Part shown: piece by piece, positions 1 to 14,264 of the stretch
How positions within the stretch are numbered: the first letter of the stretch is position 1
Layout of the letters: each line of letters starts with the position of its first letter
NCBI RefSeq assembly: GCF_020745735.1
Contig: NC_083403.1
Location: 103,936,378-104,000,377 of the forward strand
Source of the DNA: Hemiscyllium ocellatum
Taxonomy: Eukaryota
DNA: 64,000 bases
Direction: 5' to 3'
The notes under the pieces: model-generated
Databases searched by the model: none
Seen by the model: the letters and a program-made list of their open reading frames with translations, nothing else
Told to the model about the DNA's origin: nothing
Program-made: the position numbers and the translations under genes

Positions 1-297
1 GTGGAATTTATTCTAATATTCCAATTTGGGATTAGGGTTCTTGTACTCAAAGGTAGTGAGTGGTAGGTATTAGTGTCTTTTGTTCCAGGTGGTGAATTGG
101 ATTGGTATAAACAGTGCTTGATGTATTAATAGCTTTTTCAGTCACTAAGAATTTTCTGGGGGTGGAAGACATCACTTTGGAGATTTTACAAAAGGTGAAC
201 AAGGCAAAACTGCTGGAATTGACAGATAAGCTGGAGTTGGAGTTGCCTTCATCCGTGAGAAAAGGAGAGATAATTACAGCAATAGCTCGGCATTTAA

Positions 298-2027
298 TAG
301 AACATTATAGCACAGTACAGGCCTTTGGCCCTCAATGTTGCACCAAACTGTGAAACCAATCTAAAGCTCATCTAATCTCCACTGTATTATCCATATGCTT
401 ATCCAATGACCATTTAAATGCCCTTAAAATTGGCGAGTCCACTACTGTTGCAGGCAGGGCATTCCACGCCCTTACTTCTGAATAAAGAACCTACTTTTGA
501 CATTTGTCCTAAAATATCACCTCTCAATTTAAAGCTATGTACCCTCATGCCAGCCATCACCATCCAAGAAAAATCACTGTCCACCCTATCTAATCCTCTG
601 ATCATCTTGCATGCCTCTATTAAGTCACCTCATAACCCTCTTCTCTCTAATGAAAACAGCCTCAAGACCCTCAGCCTTTCCTCATTAGACCTTCCCTTCA
701 AACCAGGCAACATCCTAGAAAATCTCTTCTGCAACCCGTTCCAATGCTTGCACATTCTTCTTGTAATGCGGAGAACAGAAATGTATGCAAAAGTCCAAAT
801 GCAGTCGCACCAGAGTTTTGTACAGCTGTAGCATGACATCACGGCTCCAAAACTCAATCCCTCTACCAATAAAAGCTAACACACCGTATGCCTTCTTAAC
901 AACCCTATCAATCTGGGCTGGCAACTTTCAAGGATCTACACACATGGACATCGAGATCTCCCTGCTCATCCACACTACCAAGAATCATACTATTAGCCCA
1001 GTACTCTCTATTCCTGTTTCTCCTTCCAAAGTGAATCACCTCACACTTTTCCACATTAAACTCCATTTGCCACATCTCAGCCCAGCTCTGCAGTTTATTT
1101 ATGCCCCTGCGTAACCTACAACACCCGTCCGCACTGTCCACAACTCCACCGACCTTAGTGTCATCCGCAAGTTTATTAACCCATCTTTCTACACCCACAT
1201 CCAGGTCATTTATAAAAATGACAAACAGCAATGGCCCCAAAACAGATCCTTGTGGTACGCCAGTAGTAACTGAACTCCAGGATGAACATTTCCCATCAAC
1301 CACCACACTGTCTTCTTTCAGCTAGTCAATTTCTGATCCAAACCCCAAAACCGCTCTCAATCCCATGCCTCTATTTTCTGCAATAGCCTACCATGGGGAA
1401 CCTTATCAAATGCTTTACTGAAATCCATTACACCACATCAACTGCTTAACCCTCATCCAACTGTTTGGTCACCATCTCAAAGAACTCAATAAGGTTTGAG
1501 ATATAACCTACCCTTCACAAAACCATGTTGACTATCTCTAATCAAATTATTCCTTTCTAGATGATAATAAATCCTCTCTCTTACAATCCTTTCCAAAACT
1601 TTGCCCACAACACAAATAAGGCTCACTGGTCTATAATTTCCAGGGTTGTCTCTACTCCCCTTCTTGAGGAAGGGACAACATTTGCTATCCTCCAGTCTTC
1701 TGACACTATTCCTGTCGTGAATGATGATATATCGATCAAAGCCAAAGGGTCTGCAACCCCTAGTTTCCCACAGAATCCTAGGATAAATCCCATCTGGTTT
1801 AGGGGACTTAACTATTTTCATATTTTTCAGAATTGCTCACACCTCCTCCATATGATTCTCAACCCTATCTGGCCTCAGTCTGTATCCCAGTATTCTCATC
1901 AACGACATGGTCTTTTTCCTGTGTGAATACTGACGATAAATCTTCATTTAGTGCTTCCCCTAACTCCTCAGACTCCACGCACAACTTCCCACAACTGTCC
2001 TTGACTGGCCCCAAGCTAGTCATTCTT
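298..2027 (-). mobile_element. 5'-truncated CR1-clade LINE nested in gag
   Basis: RT motifs NYRPVSL, GVPQGSVLGPLLFVIFINDLD, LADDTK and the CR1 C-terminus LYKTLVR..CIHFCSPHYKK; gag resumes at ~2030. Confidence 0.88.
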
Positions 2028-2912
2028 TGTTGGAAATGCCACCAGAATCTTTGGAAATGGCTAAAATTCAATTGAAAATGAAGCAGCTTCAGTTAGAGGC
2101 AAAAGGAAAAGAAAGACAAAAAGAAATAAAGCATTTGAATTACGATTAAAAGCAGAGGAAAGGGAGAAAGAGAGGGAGACTGAACTTCAGAAATTGGCAC
2201 TTAGACAGGAAAATCGGCTTAAAAGAACTGAGGCGAAGGTAGAAGGTAAGCTTAATGAGGAAGATAGTGAGGATGTGCAAACCTATTGTAGTCAAAAGCT
2301 TGGTGGGGTTCTGTTTAAATATGTCCAAGCATTGCTTAAATTTGACGAGCAGAATTGCTTTTTCATCTAATTTGAGAAGGTGGCTAAACAAATGAAGTGG
2401 CCAGTGATCATGTGAGTTTTCTTAATGCAAACAAAACTGATAGGTACAGCAAGTGAGATATTTGCATCACTATCAGAGAAGGTATCTGGGGATTATGAGG
2501 TGGTGAAGAAATCCATCTTAAATGCATGTCAGCTTGTACCAGAAACCTACAGGCAACGCTTCAGGAATCTAAGGACGGACTCTGGTCAAACCCACAGTTG
2601 AGTTTGAAAGGATCAAACTAAATAATTTTGACAGGTGGATAAAGACATTGGATATGACGCTCTTACGGACTGGATTATTTTGGAGTTCAAAAATTCCCTC
2701 CCTGAGGTAGTGAAAACACATGTGGAAGAGGAGAGTTAAAACAGCAACATTAGCAGCTGAAATGGCTGATGATTATGAGTTAGTCCATAAGTCAAAGCTT
2801 GGCTTCCAACATCAACTTCAATCTGTAAGGGTGGAAATTTGGGAAAAGAAAAATCCTCACGTGGTAAGGGAAAAGTAGATCTCAGTGAAGATCATAATGA
2901 TAACTTACCACA

Positions 2913-3222
2913 GGGTGGTATGGTGGCACAGTGGTTAGCACTGCTGTCTCACAGCGCCTGAGACCCGGGTTCAATTCCTGACTCAGGCGACTGTCTGTGT
3001 GGAGTTTGCACGTTCTCCCCGTGTCTGCGTGGACTTCCTCCGGGTGCTCCGGTTTCCTCCCCCAGTCCAAAGATGTGCGGGTCAGGTGAATTGGCCATGC
3101 TAAATTGCCCGTAGTGTTAGGTAAGGGGTAAATGTAGGGGTATGGGTGGGTTGCGTTTCGGCGGGTCGGTGTGGACTTGTTGGGCCGAAGGGCCTGTTTC
3201 CACACTGTAAGTAATCTAATCT
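2913..3222 (+). mobile_element. tRNA-derived SINE (HE1/V-SINE-like) nested in gag
   Basis: A box TGGCACAGTGG, B box GGTTCAATTCC, central TTCCTCCGGGTGCTCCGGTTTCCTCCC, (TAATC)n tail; near-identical to 16551-16863. Confidence 0.88.
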
Positions 3223-4824
3223 AAAAAGGAAACCCATGAAGGAGAAAGAGAAGTTAAAAAGCTCCGGAGTTTTCACTACAATAAAGTAGGCCGCACGAAA
3301 TCAGTGTTGATGGGTTAGGAAAGCACTGGGAAGCTAAATTTAGGAGAACGGGATAAGCCGGTGAATTTTGTTGGAGTGATAAAAGAAAGCACAGTGGAGG
3401 CTAAAAAGCATCATATCCAATGTCCTTATCCACCAGAATGTACAACCTGGTCAGAGGTTGGTTAAGGAGGAAGTGCCAGAACTTTTTAAATCATTTACTT
3501 GCAATGATAAGGTTTATTCGCATAGGCCAGGAGCAGCAGGTAAAGACGTTACAATATTGAGAGATATAGGATCATGTCAATCCTTGAGAGATGAGGCGAC
3601 ATGTAATTCAAAAGGAATATGCCATAAAAAGTGCTTGTTTGCAGAATCGAAGGTGAGACAAGAAGTCCTCAATTATGTAGAATGAGATTAGAATGTGCAG
3701 TGAAAGGTGGAGAAGCAGTGGTAGGAGTATTGGAAGAACTCTTGGCTCCAAGAATACAATATGTCCTTTGTAATGATATAGCCGGGTCACAGGTAGGAAT
3801 GCTGCCTACTGTGGTTGAAAAGCTAGTGGAAAATTAGGCAACTGAGGTATTACAGGAAGCATATTTTGGGATTTTTCCTGACAGTGTGGTAACAAGATCA
3901 CAAAGCCACCAGTTTAAACAGAAGGAGAAATCAGAGTACAAATAAGAAAGTTGAAGTAGAATTATCAGACACCGTACTTGATCAAATGACTGAAACGAAA
4001 CAGGAACAGGTGGAGAACAACGTGGATATCTTTAGTTCAGACAAATTAATTAAGTTACAACAGAAAGATGAAAAATTGAAGCAATTGTATCACAAAGCAT
4101 ACGAGGAAGAATAATCTGAATGTATCCCTGAGTGCCACTATCTTAAAATGATGTCTTAATGAGGAAATGGAGACCATCACATATTCAGGCAGATGATAAA
4201 CAGGCAGAGATTCATTAAGTAGTATTACCAGTAGGTAATAGAAAGGAGCTGTTGCAGGTAAGGCAAGAACTCCCAGTAGGAGTTCACTTAGGGTCAAGAG
4301 AAACTCAAGTTAAAAATACAAAAATATTTTTGCTGTCTTGGACTGCACAGGAATGTAGTTGAATTTTGACAGACATGTCAGGTAATTGGAAAACCACAGG
4401 CAGTAATAAAACCCCCACTTCAATACCCACTCCTGCATTTGAGGAACCTTTTACAAGAGTCTTAATTGTTTGCGTAGGATCCCTACTTAAAATGAAAGGT
4501 GGGAATCAGAATTTGTTAACAATATTGGATGTGTCCACTAGATTTCCAGAGGCCATTCCCTTACACACTATCACAGTAAAAGGATTATAGGAGAGTCACT
4601 CAAATCTTTCACTAGATATGAACTACTCATAGAGATACAAGGGTCAAATGTTACATCAAAATTAATCGAGGTGGTTATGGACAGCATAGGAATAAAACAA
4701 TTCAAATCCACTGTGTACCATCCAGAATCACAGGGTGGGCTAGAAAGGTGGCATCAGACATTAAAGACCATGTTGAGGCCTTATAGTCAAGATTATCCAG
4801 ATGATTGGGATAAAAAGAATTCAG

Positions 4825-6774
4825 AGCTGAAAATGTGTTGCTGGTTAAAGCACAGCAGGTCAGGCAGCATCCAAGGAACAGGAAATTCGATGTTTCGGGC
4901 CAGAGCCCTTCATCAGGAATGAGGAGAGTATGCCAGGCAGGCTAAGATAAAAGGTAGGGAGGAGGGACTTGGGGGAGGGGCGATGGAGATGTGATAGGTG
5001 GAAGGAGGTCAAGGTGAGGGTGATAGGCTGGAGTGGGGTGGGGGGGGGGGGGGAGAAGATTGCAGGTTAGGAGGGCGGTACTGAGTTCGAGGGAATCGAC
5101 TGAGACAAGGTGGGGAGAGGGGAAATGAGGAAACTGGAGAAATCTAAGTTCACTCCTTGTGGTTGGAGGGTTCCCAGGCAGAAGATGAGGCGCCCTTCCT
5201 CCAACCGTCGTGTTGTTATGTTCTGCCGATGGAGGAGTCCAAGGACCTGCATGTCCTCAGTGGAGTGGGAGGGAGAGTTGAAGTGTTGAGCCACGGGGTG
5301 GTTGGGTTGGTTGGTCCGGGCGTCCCAGAGGTGTTCCCTGAAGCGTTCCGCAAGTAGGCGGCCCGTCTCCCCAATATAGAGGAGGCCACATCGGGTGCAG
5401 CGGATGCAATAGATGATGTGTGTGGAGGTGCAGGTGAATTTGTGGCGGATATGGAAGGATCCCTTGGGGCCTTGGAGAGAAGTAAGGGAGGAGGCGTGGG
5501 CGCAAGTTTTACATTTCCTGCGGTTGCAGGGGAAGGTGCCGGGAGTGGAGGTTGGGTTGGTGTGGGGTGTGGACCTGACAAGGGAGTCACGAAGGGAGTG
5601 GTCTTTGCGGAACGCTGATAGAGGAGGGGAGGGAAATATATCCCTGGTGGTGGGGTCCGTTTGGAGGTGGCGGAAATGACGGCGGATGATATGCTGTATA
5701 CGGAGGTTGGTGGGGTGGTAGGTGAGAACCAGTGGGGTTCTGTCTTGGTGGCGGTTGGAGGGGCGGGGCTCAAGGGTGGAGGAGATGCGGTGGAGGGCAT
5801 CGTCACTCATGTCTGGGGGGAATCTGCAGTCCTTGAAGAAGGAGGCCATCTGGGCTGTGGTATTGGAACTGGTCCTCCTGGGAGCAGATGCGGCGGAGAC
5901 GAAGGAATTGGGAATACGGGATGGCATTTTTACAGGGGGCAGGGTGGGAGGAGGTGTAGTCCAGGTAGCTGTGGGAGTCAGTCGGTTTATAGTAGATGTC
6001 TGTGTTGAGTCGGTCACCCGAGATAGAAATGGAAAGGTCTAGGAAGGGGAGGGAGGAGTCTGAGACAGTCCAGGTGAATTTGAGGTCGGGATGGAAGGTG
6101 TTGATAAAGTTGATGAACTGTTCAACCTCCTCGTGGGAGCACGAGGCAGCGCCGATACAGTCATCGATGTAGCGGAGGAAAAGGTGGGGGGTGGTGCCAG
6201 TGTAGTTGCGGAAGATGGACTGTTCCACATATCCTACGAAGAGACAGGCATAGCTGGGGCCCATGCGGGTGCCCATGGCAACTCCTTTAGTTTGGAGGAA
6301 GTGGGAGGATTGGAAAGAGAAGTTATTCAGGGTGAGGACCAGTTCAGTCAGTCGAAGGAGGGTGTCAGTGGAAGGGTACTGGTTGGTGCGGCGGGAAAGG
6401 GAGAAGCGGAGGGCTTTGAGTCCTTCGTGATGGGGGATGGAGGTGTACAGGGACTGGATGTCCATCGTGAAGATAAGGCGTTGGGGACCGGGGAAGCGAA
6501 AATCATGGAGGAGGTGGAGGGCGTGGGTGGTGTCCTGAACGTAGGTGGGGAGTTCTTGGACTAAAGGGGACAGAACCGTGTCGAGGTACGCGGAGATGAG
6601 TTCGGTGGGGTAGGAGCAGGCTGAGACAATGGGTCGGCCGGGGCAGTCAGGTTTGTGGATTTTGGGCAGGAGGTAGAAACGGGCGGTGTGGGGTTGTGGG
6701 ACTATGAGGTTGGAGGCGGTGGATGGGAAATCCCCTGAGGTGATGAGGTTATGGATGGTCTAGGAGATTATGGT
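4825..6774 (-). mobile_element. 5'-truncated Penelope-like element (RT + GIY-YIG), probably Neptune-type, nested in the Gypsy integrase
   Basis: RT motifs YLLPKIHK..GRPIVS, DIQSLYTSIP, GVAMGTRMGP, RYIDD; Cys linker CNRRKCKTC; endonuclease IYCIRCTRCGLLYIGET...RFREH. 7-bp target duplication AATTCAG at 4818-4824 and 6775-6781. Confidence 0.92.
4885..4920 (-). ncRNA. Minimal hammerhead ribozyme motif in the Penelope terminal repeat (family A)
   Basis: Minus strand reads attc-CTGATGA-a-GGGC-tctg-GCCC-GAAA-c-ATC-gaat: catalytic boxes, stem II and a 4-bp stem I. Confidence 0.72.
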
Positions 6775-8728
6775 AATTCAGTTTGTACTTTTTTCCATTA
6801 GAGATGCACCAAATGAATTGACCAAATTCAGTCCATTTGAAGTAGTGTTTGGGCATGAAGTGAGAGAACCACTAAAATTTATGGAGAAGAAATTGGTGAA
6901 TCAGAATTCAAAGACCACATATTTGGACTGTGTGTCAAATTTTAGGAAACGGTAAAATAGAACAGGGGAGTTAGCTAGACAGCATTTAAAAATATCACGG
7001 CATACGATGAAACAGAAAGCAAACAAGAAATCAAAATCTCACAATTTTGCTCTCGAAGATAAAGTGGTAGTATTACTTCCAGTGATAGGTGAACCTTCAA
7101 AAGCAAGATTTAGCAAACCTTATCAAATCAAAAGGAGATTGAGTGAGGTGTACAATTTGGTAAGGACTCCAGATAAAAGAAATCTCAGTGTGTCACATGG
7201 ATATGCTCGATAGATTTTAGCAGGGAAGGAAAGCAAACGGAGAATGCGTTACTGGTTACATCACAGAGGGAAGACCAAAATTCAGAGGATTCGTAATTAG
7301 ATATTCCTCAAATTAAATTCAACAATGAGGAAGTTGTCAAAAATTGGTTAAATTATTGAGTTACCTTCTTGAGGAAAATTGAAATGATGTGAAAGAGTTA
7401 TTGTTATCGCATTGGGAAATATTCTGGGAACTAACCTAATTATGCATGATGTAGATGTAGGGGAAATGCTGCTCCAATTATACAACATCCTTAAAGATCT
7501 AACTTTCTAAAGTTGGCACATGTTCAAAAAGAGATTGAATGCATGCTCCTCGGCAACATAATCAAAGTGAGTTGCTGTGATTGGAGCTCATCCATAGTAA
7601 TGGTGCCAAAACCAGATGGCACCCAATGATCATGTGCGGATTATCGCAGTTACAAAGTCTGATTCATATCTGATTCCATGTTTGGAAGACTGCATTGAAA
7701 ACGTGGAACAAGCAACTTATATTTCTAAGCTGGACTTACTCAGAGAATACTGGCAGGTACCTATATCCGATACAGCAAATCCAATTTTGGGTTTACTAAC
7801 ATTGAATGGACTGTCACAATTTCGAGTCATGCCAATTGCAATGAAAAATGCACCAACTACATTTCAAAGACTAACCAATAAAGTCATTTCCAGATTACCC
7901 AATTGTGTGGTTTACATCGATGACCTGGTAATTTTTAGTCACACATGACAGGAATATTTGCAGCACTTATGAGAATTATTCAATCGACTTCAGGAAGCAG
8001 ACTTGGTGATAAACCTCGCTAAGAGTGAATTTACCTAAGCGCAAGTCACCTTCCTGGGCCATGGACAAATGACCCCATTGAATGTAAAAATAACAATTAT
8101 TGGGGAGATTCCCATACCATCGGCAAAGAGAGCAGTGCTACAATTCCTGAGATTGAGTGGGTTCTATTGGAAATTCAAATTTTAGCAGTATGGCTGCTCC
8201 ACTCACTGAATTACTAAAGAAATGCAAGTAGTTTCAGTAGACGGCTGACTGTCAAGAAGCACTTGACAGCCTGAAAGTTGTCTTTACCACTGCCCAGTAT
8301 TGGCCATACCTGATTACACAAAGCCCTTCAAGGTGGCTATCGATGCGAGTGATGTGGGTGTTGGTGCTGTACTCTTACAAGACAACGATGAGAAAATAGA
8401 AAGACCTATTGAATATTTCTCCAGGAAATTGAACATTCATCAACACAAATGTTCAACAATTGAGAGGGAGACTTTGAGCTTGGTGTTGGCATTACAACAT
8501 TTATGTTGCCAGTAATCTGTCTGAAACAATCAAATATATTGATCATAACCTATTAAGATGAAAAACTGAGGCATTTGGTGGCAGCAGTAAACAGACTGAA
8601 ATAGAGTGTTTGCAAGGTTATAGTTAATGTATATGTATTGTAATGTACTAGCAGGGTAAGACTAGGCAGTTTCAAAATGAAGCCATCTTTGTCTATTGAT
8701 GGTTCTTCTTCTTAGGGGAGGGGAGACG

Positions 8729-9315
8729 TGATGATGCTACCCCTTTAACAAGGTTATTTTAACCTTGCTGTTTTTCAAGAAGGGTAGTAAAGACAGGGGT
8801 GCTGATATAGTTGGACGTGGCTACTTTAAACAATGGTAGGGGAGTGGCCAGCTCTCCCAGTTCAGGTCTTTTCCTAGTTTGGTTTTTTTTCGCAGGAAGT
8901 CAGAAACTGCTGATAGCAGAGAAGCTGCTACAGTGAAAAGAGGTTCCATGCTTCACCGGATGTTCCTCGCCTGAACTTTCTCTTTGAAATCTCTTCTGCC
9001 TGTAAGTACCTTGTTTGAATTTACCTTTTGCCAAGGGGTGTGTTTATGGCATATTGCAGGGATTGAAATAGCTCCCTTATTAAGTTGTGATATTAAGTCA
9101 GTCGGGTTTTCAAATAAGTTATACCAAATTCTGTTTTCTTTTGTTTGTGTTTCAACTGCAGTGTTTAAATAAATTCTGTTTTGCGTAAAGGTGAGTGGTT
9201 TGACCAGCTGCATCACTCCTGGAATATCTACCTTACATTCGCCTTTTTAATAAAAAGTTAGGGTATGGGCTACCTTCTTAAAATGTTTTGAGGGGGTCTG
9301 TCCTGGTCCATAACA
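8729..9315 (+). repeat. 3' LTR of the Gypsy element
   Basis: Follows polypurine tract AGGGGAGGGGAGA (~8714-8726); starts TG(ATGATG) and ends (CATAA)CA; AATAAA at ~9168 and ~9249. Confidence 0.7.
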
Positions 9316-9908
9316 ACAGTCACAAGCCAAAAGCAATCTTTAACCTGAGACTAACCAGCAGTTGTAAAGTAAATGTGATTACGTTCCTGCACTGAACTCC
9401 TTTGTTAATGGGACTGAACTTCCTTCAGTTACAGGCTACATTGCAATGTGTCATTTGGGCAACATGCTGGTGAGCATGACTGAAAGGAGGAAAGGGGAGT
9501 GAATAATTCAGAAAACTCTGCTACACTCATCTGTACTCTACAGATCCTAACCATGCTCAGGGTAAGGGCTGTCATCCTATTTAGCCAGCTGTAGAGCAAA
9601 GCACTTTATGGCACTTAGATGCAACCCACTGATAAAAGGAACATTGATACAACCAACTTATTCCAGGTCACAGTTAGTCTTCTGCAACATTACATTGCCC
9701 GACTATAAGTCCACCAAAATATCGTGACCTTGCCAAAATTTGGAACACTAACTCTATATGACATTGCTGACATTTTTGCTTATAGTTGCATTAACTGTAT
9801 CCTTGCCTATGCTTGATTTAAAATGTTTATACATCAGCACAGATGGATTTTACGCAGCAGATGACTCCTGAAGACAGTATAATTCCTTTCTACTCAATAT
9901 TCCAACTA

Positions 9909-10190
<282 letters not shown>

Positions 10191-12942
10191 TCAGTTGGCC
10201 CATTGTTGATCCGTGTCTTAACCCCATCTATCTGCAATGGACTCATATCCTTTAATACCTTTACTGAATTAAAACAAAATCTGTGTACATTTTCATTTGA
10301 CAGGGCACTCTCCCCAAACCTTTCTGGAGAAGGGAAAAAATAGGTGGTGGTGGTGAGTGCACACACAATAGGAATCGAGTAGAGAAGACTCAGATACAGC
10401 AAGCAAACAAAAAGTTCCAGATTTCCACTTCCCTTCATGTGAATTAAGAGTTCCCTCACATTAAAATTACAGCAATACATTCAAGATTGAAAGTTGTGTG
10501 TTCTCGCTCTGATTCTCCCACCAGAGGAAATAGCTTCTCTCATGCTACATCATCAAATCCATGAAGAATCTTAATATATAGCAATTTGGTCACCTCTTAA
10601 ATTTTCCATACTCAAGGGATTAAAAGCATAGTTTATGCAATCTATCCTCATAATTTAATCCCTTTAATAATTTAATATGGAAACTGTGAAAGGAAACATA
10701 CAGATGAAAACTAAACAATTTTGAGAGCAGCTGAAATGATGTAAGGTGAAGCATAAAAGGCTACATCAAGCCCTAGATGCGAATAATAGGGCAGAGAAAG
10801 GAAGGGAAAGAAGCTGGAGATACACAATTGGGAACGGAGAGAGAAATGAAGTACCGTAGACATTGACAAGGGAAAGTTATGTTGGAAACGCAACAGGGAA
10901 ACCAAAAAATATAAATATGGGGAATGGGTTGCATTACTCTTCAAAAATAGTGGGAATGTGTGCAGTGAGGAAGATGCAAAGTGACTTCAAAAAAGTTTGG
11001 ACAGACTGTGAGTGAGCAGATGTAATATAGCAAAGAAAAATGTAAAGTTATCAACTATGGCACGAAAAACCAATAGGCAGAGTTATTCTTAAAATGTGGA
11101 GACGTACAGGTGGCCTTGTCAATAAATCAAAGGCAGCGAACATGCAGGTGGGCAAACTACTAGAAAGACTAATGAAATGTTAGCTTTTATTGTAAGAGGG
11201 GTTGAGTGCAGGAGTCACAAGATCTTGTTTCAATTGTGCAGGATCTTGGTTAGACTACACCTGGAGTACTGCATACAGTTTTGGTCTCCTTCTCTCAGGA
11301 AAGATATTATTGCCATCCAGATAATGCCACGAAAGTTCACCAGACGTGTTCCTGAGTTGTCCTCTAGAGATTTGAAGAATGAGAGGTAATCTCATTGAAA
11401 TGCACGAAATACTTAAACAAGATAGAAAGAGCAGATGGAGGCAAGACTTTGTTTTCCTTTTGCTGTCTACCCAGATGCGTTATCACACACAACTCAGTGA
11501 CCTTCCCACCACCAAAACCACTGACGTTTTTCAAAAAAAAACTAATAACCACAAGTAAAAATACCATGTAGCCAATTAAGCATTTACAAGCAAAGCGCAT
11601 TACGGGTATTGCAAACCATCAAAGATAGGAACGAGGTGGGGGTGGCAGGCGGGACATGCTGGGAGGTTAGGGAGAGTGGGCAGGGACTAGACCAAAATGG
11701 AGCAGGGGGAGAGGCATGTTATGGGATCTAAAATCAGGGAGGCATAATTTAAAAATATAAGGGTGCCACTTTGGACTGAGTGTATTACGAATATCTTTAC
11801 TCAGGAAGGCTGTGAATCTTTGGAATTTGCCATGTTAGCAGGTTGTGGAAGCTTGAATGTTTTGAGTATATTTAAAAGCGGAGATTAATAGATTTCAACA
11901 GACCAATGATGCAGAGTAACATGGGTATAATGTGGGGAAAAAGACTCAAAAGTACTTAACCAGTCATAATCAGAGTGGCAGAGCAGGCTCTACCCCTATC
12001 TCCATATTACTAAACTCTTGCAAAGGTTTTTGGGGAATGTGAGCAAACAGCAAGAAAGAAGCTAGCAGAAGTCTTTAAAAATTATGCTCAGAGTTAGAAA
12101 ACATTCTGCTTGGTTCTACTGTGGGGTTGTTTCTGTCCATTAAGAGGCATTCAGACCATCAACTCTATACCACTACTTCCCTCCAGATGTCAGCAAGCCT
12201 TCTACTCACTCACTTTGAAAATGTCTTCCATCATTTTACAAAAATAAAATCAAACTAAGTCTGGGTCAACAGATGGAAAACTTGCTGAATTTCCTGGAAT
12301 TCCTCACAGGATGCACCTAAGCCTCAGCACTTTTATTAGAAAAAGTGAAGCCAATGGGATTGGTTACAAAATTGGCTAAGGGACAGAAAGCAAGTAGTGG
12401 GAGTGATTTTTTTAGACTGGGGATAAGTGCACAGTACAACAGTATTCCACAGAGAATGTTCAGGCCACATTGGTATGTGTAGATAAATCTTCAAAAGTGA
12501 CAGAAGGTAAGAAGATTGTTAAAACAAGAACATACAGAATCCTTGACTTTATAAATAGGGACACAGTACAGAAAAAAGTAGTTATGCCAAGTCTTCGTAA
12601 TGCACTTTATGAAGACATTATAAAATAAATCCTAATTGGAGTATTGTGGAAAATTTATTATTTTCTTCGGACAAACTATTTGCCAATTTTTCATTCAAAG
12701 AGTCTCACGCAGATATGCTGAATGGAGGTAAAACTTCTCAGGTTGCTGGCATTGCTAGCAATTTTCAAATGGCAATTCATGTGATCTTTCAAAGTGGTGC
12801 ATAGGCAGTACAGACCAATTGGCCTTGAGCTGTGATGTAAGATTTCATACAATCTCCACAGTTAGCTCTTGCACAGACTACCTACTTCATTTAAACTAGT
12901 CACATCAGCTATACCATATATTTTTTCCTTGTTTTGCACTTA

Positions 12943-13197
<255 letters not shown>

Positions 13198-14140
13198 TCA
13201 GTTGAGATTGAGAAGTAATATTTAAGGATAAATTAAATTCTTATATTATTGACCTGTTTGGTGATAAATGCAGCTGAGCTGTTTCATTTTACAACAACCT
13301 GACACTTCCCATCCTTGTACTTATGGAGTCACCCAGGGGTCTCCCTCATCTTCCTCCTTATACTGATCTTTCAGAATATTATGAGGTCAACTTCTAAACA
13401 CATTCTTGATACCCAATTCCTCTCCTTCAAACTTATGTTAAGACTGTCTGTCTGACATCAGACCGTAGATAAGTCACAATTTTCTCTGACAGCGCAGGAA
13501 GACTGATATTTGGCTCCTGCCAGTAAGTCATCTCCCTTGTTACTGACTACATCCTTTCTTTGGCTGCAAACTCTTGACGCCCATTTAATGTAGGGCAGAG
13601 TTTCAAATCTCTTACGTCATTGAGCAAGAATGTTTTCCCTTTTCGGGGTAATATTGCCAGTCAGCACCTTTACCTGAGTGCCCCTACTAATCAAACTCTG
13701 CAACAGTAACTCATTACTTTAATGTTGTCTCAACTAACTTCTAATTATTCCCATATGCTCCAACTTACCCAAACACTTCCATGTGTGAACTGGTCTCTTA
13801 AATGCATCACCCCTGTCCTATACTACACCAAGCACCTCAATGTTTAAAACCTTCACCTACTACTCTAAGCTCTCATTTACCCCTTCACCCTTGCATCTCT
13901 TCCAGATCCTTTGGTCATCTGACCCTGACTTCTTGGGCAATAACTGCCTTTTCCCCTTTACTATTATCAAAGAAGCTTCCAATCCCAGAAGCCTACGACA
14001 ATATCATTGCAGCCTGAAGAAAAAATACAGAAGGTCATTCAGCTGGGCAGATGTGTGTATTCTGGAGCATGGAGAAGGGAAAAAGGAACCAGTCGAGCGA
14101 TTCCTTTATTCAGGAAATGATAGTATAGTGGTTTCACTTT

Positions 14141-14264
14141 CATTCCTGATGAAGGGCTCTGGCCCAAAACGTCGAATTTCCTGTTCCTTGGATGCTGCCT
14201 AACCTGCTGTGCTTTAACCAGCAACACATTTTCAGCTCTGATCTCCAGCATCTGCAGACCTCAC
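14141..14264 (+). mobile_element. Solo Penelope terminal-repeat fragment (family A) with mutated hammerhead
   Basis: Near-identical to the reverse complement of 4825-4922; CTGATGA..GCCC-AAAACGTC-gaat; flanked by GTTTCACTTT at 14131-14140 and 14265-14274. Confidence 0.8.

Larger units (their letters stand above)
120..9315 (+). mobile_element. Decayed Gmr1-like Ty3/Gypsy LTR retrotransposon (gag-PR-INT-RT-RH), inside a HEATR5B intron
   Basis: Gag N-terminus from ~130 (FSVTKNFLG...IARHL); SCAN-like QLVPETYRQRFRNL at ~2530-2570; protease-like ILRDIGS at ~3555; integrase (LDVSTRFPEAIPL, YHPESQGGLERWHQTLKTML at 4520-4780, resuming at 6775 with FSPFEVVFG); RT (SKLDLLREYWQVP, MKNAPTTFQRL, YIDD at 7720-7925); RNase H (DASDVGVGAVLLQ at ~8340). 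Many stops and frameshifts. 5' LTR is outside the window. Confidence 0.88.

Noticed and set aside
2913-2990. SINE heads as tRNA genes
   Set aside because: They continue into SINE body and tail and are multicopy.
5157-6564. Plus-strand ORFs over the Penelope element
   Set aside because: Antisense shadows of a GC-rich coding strand.
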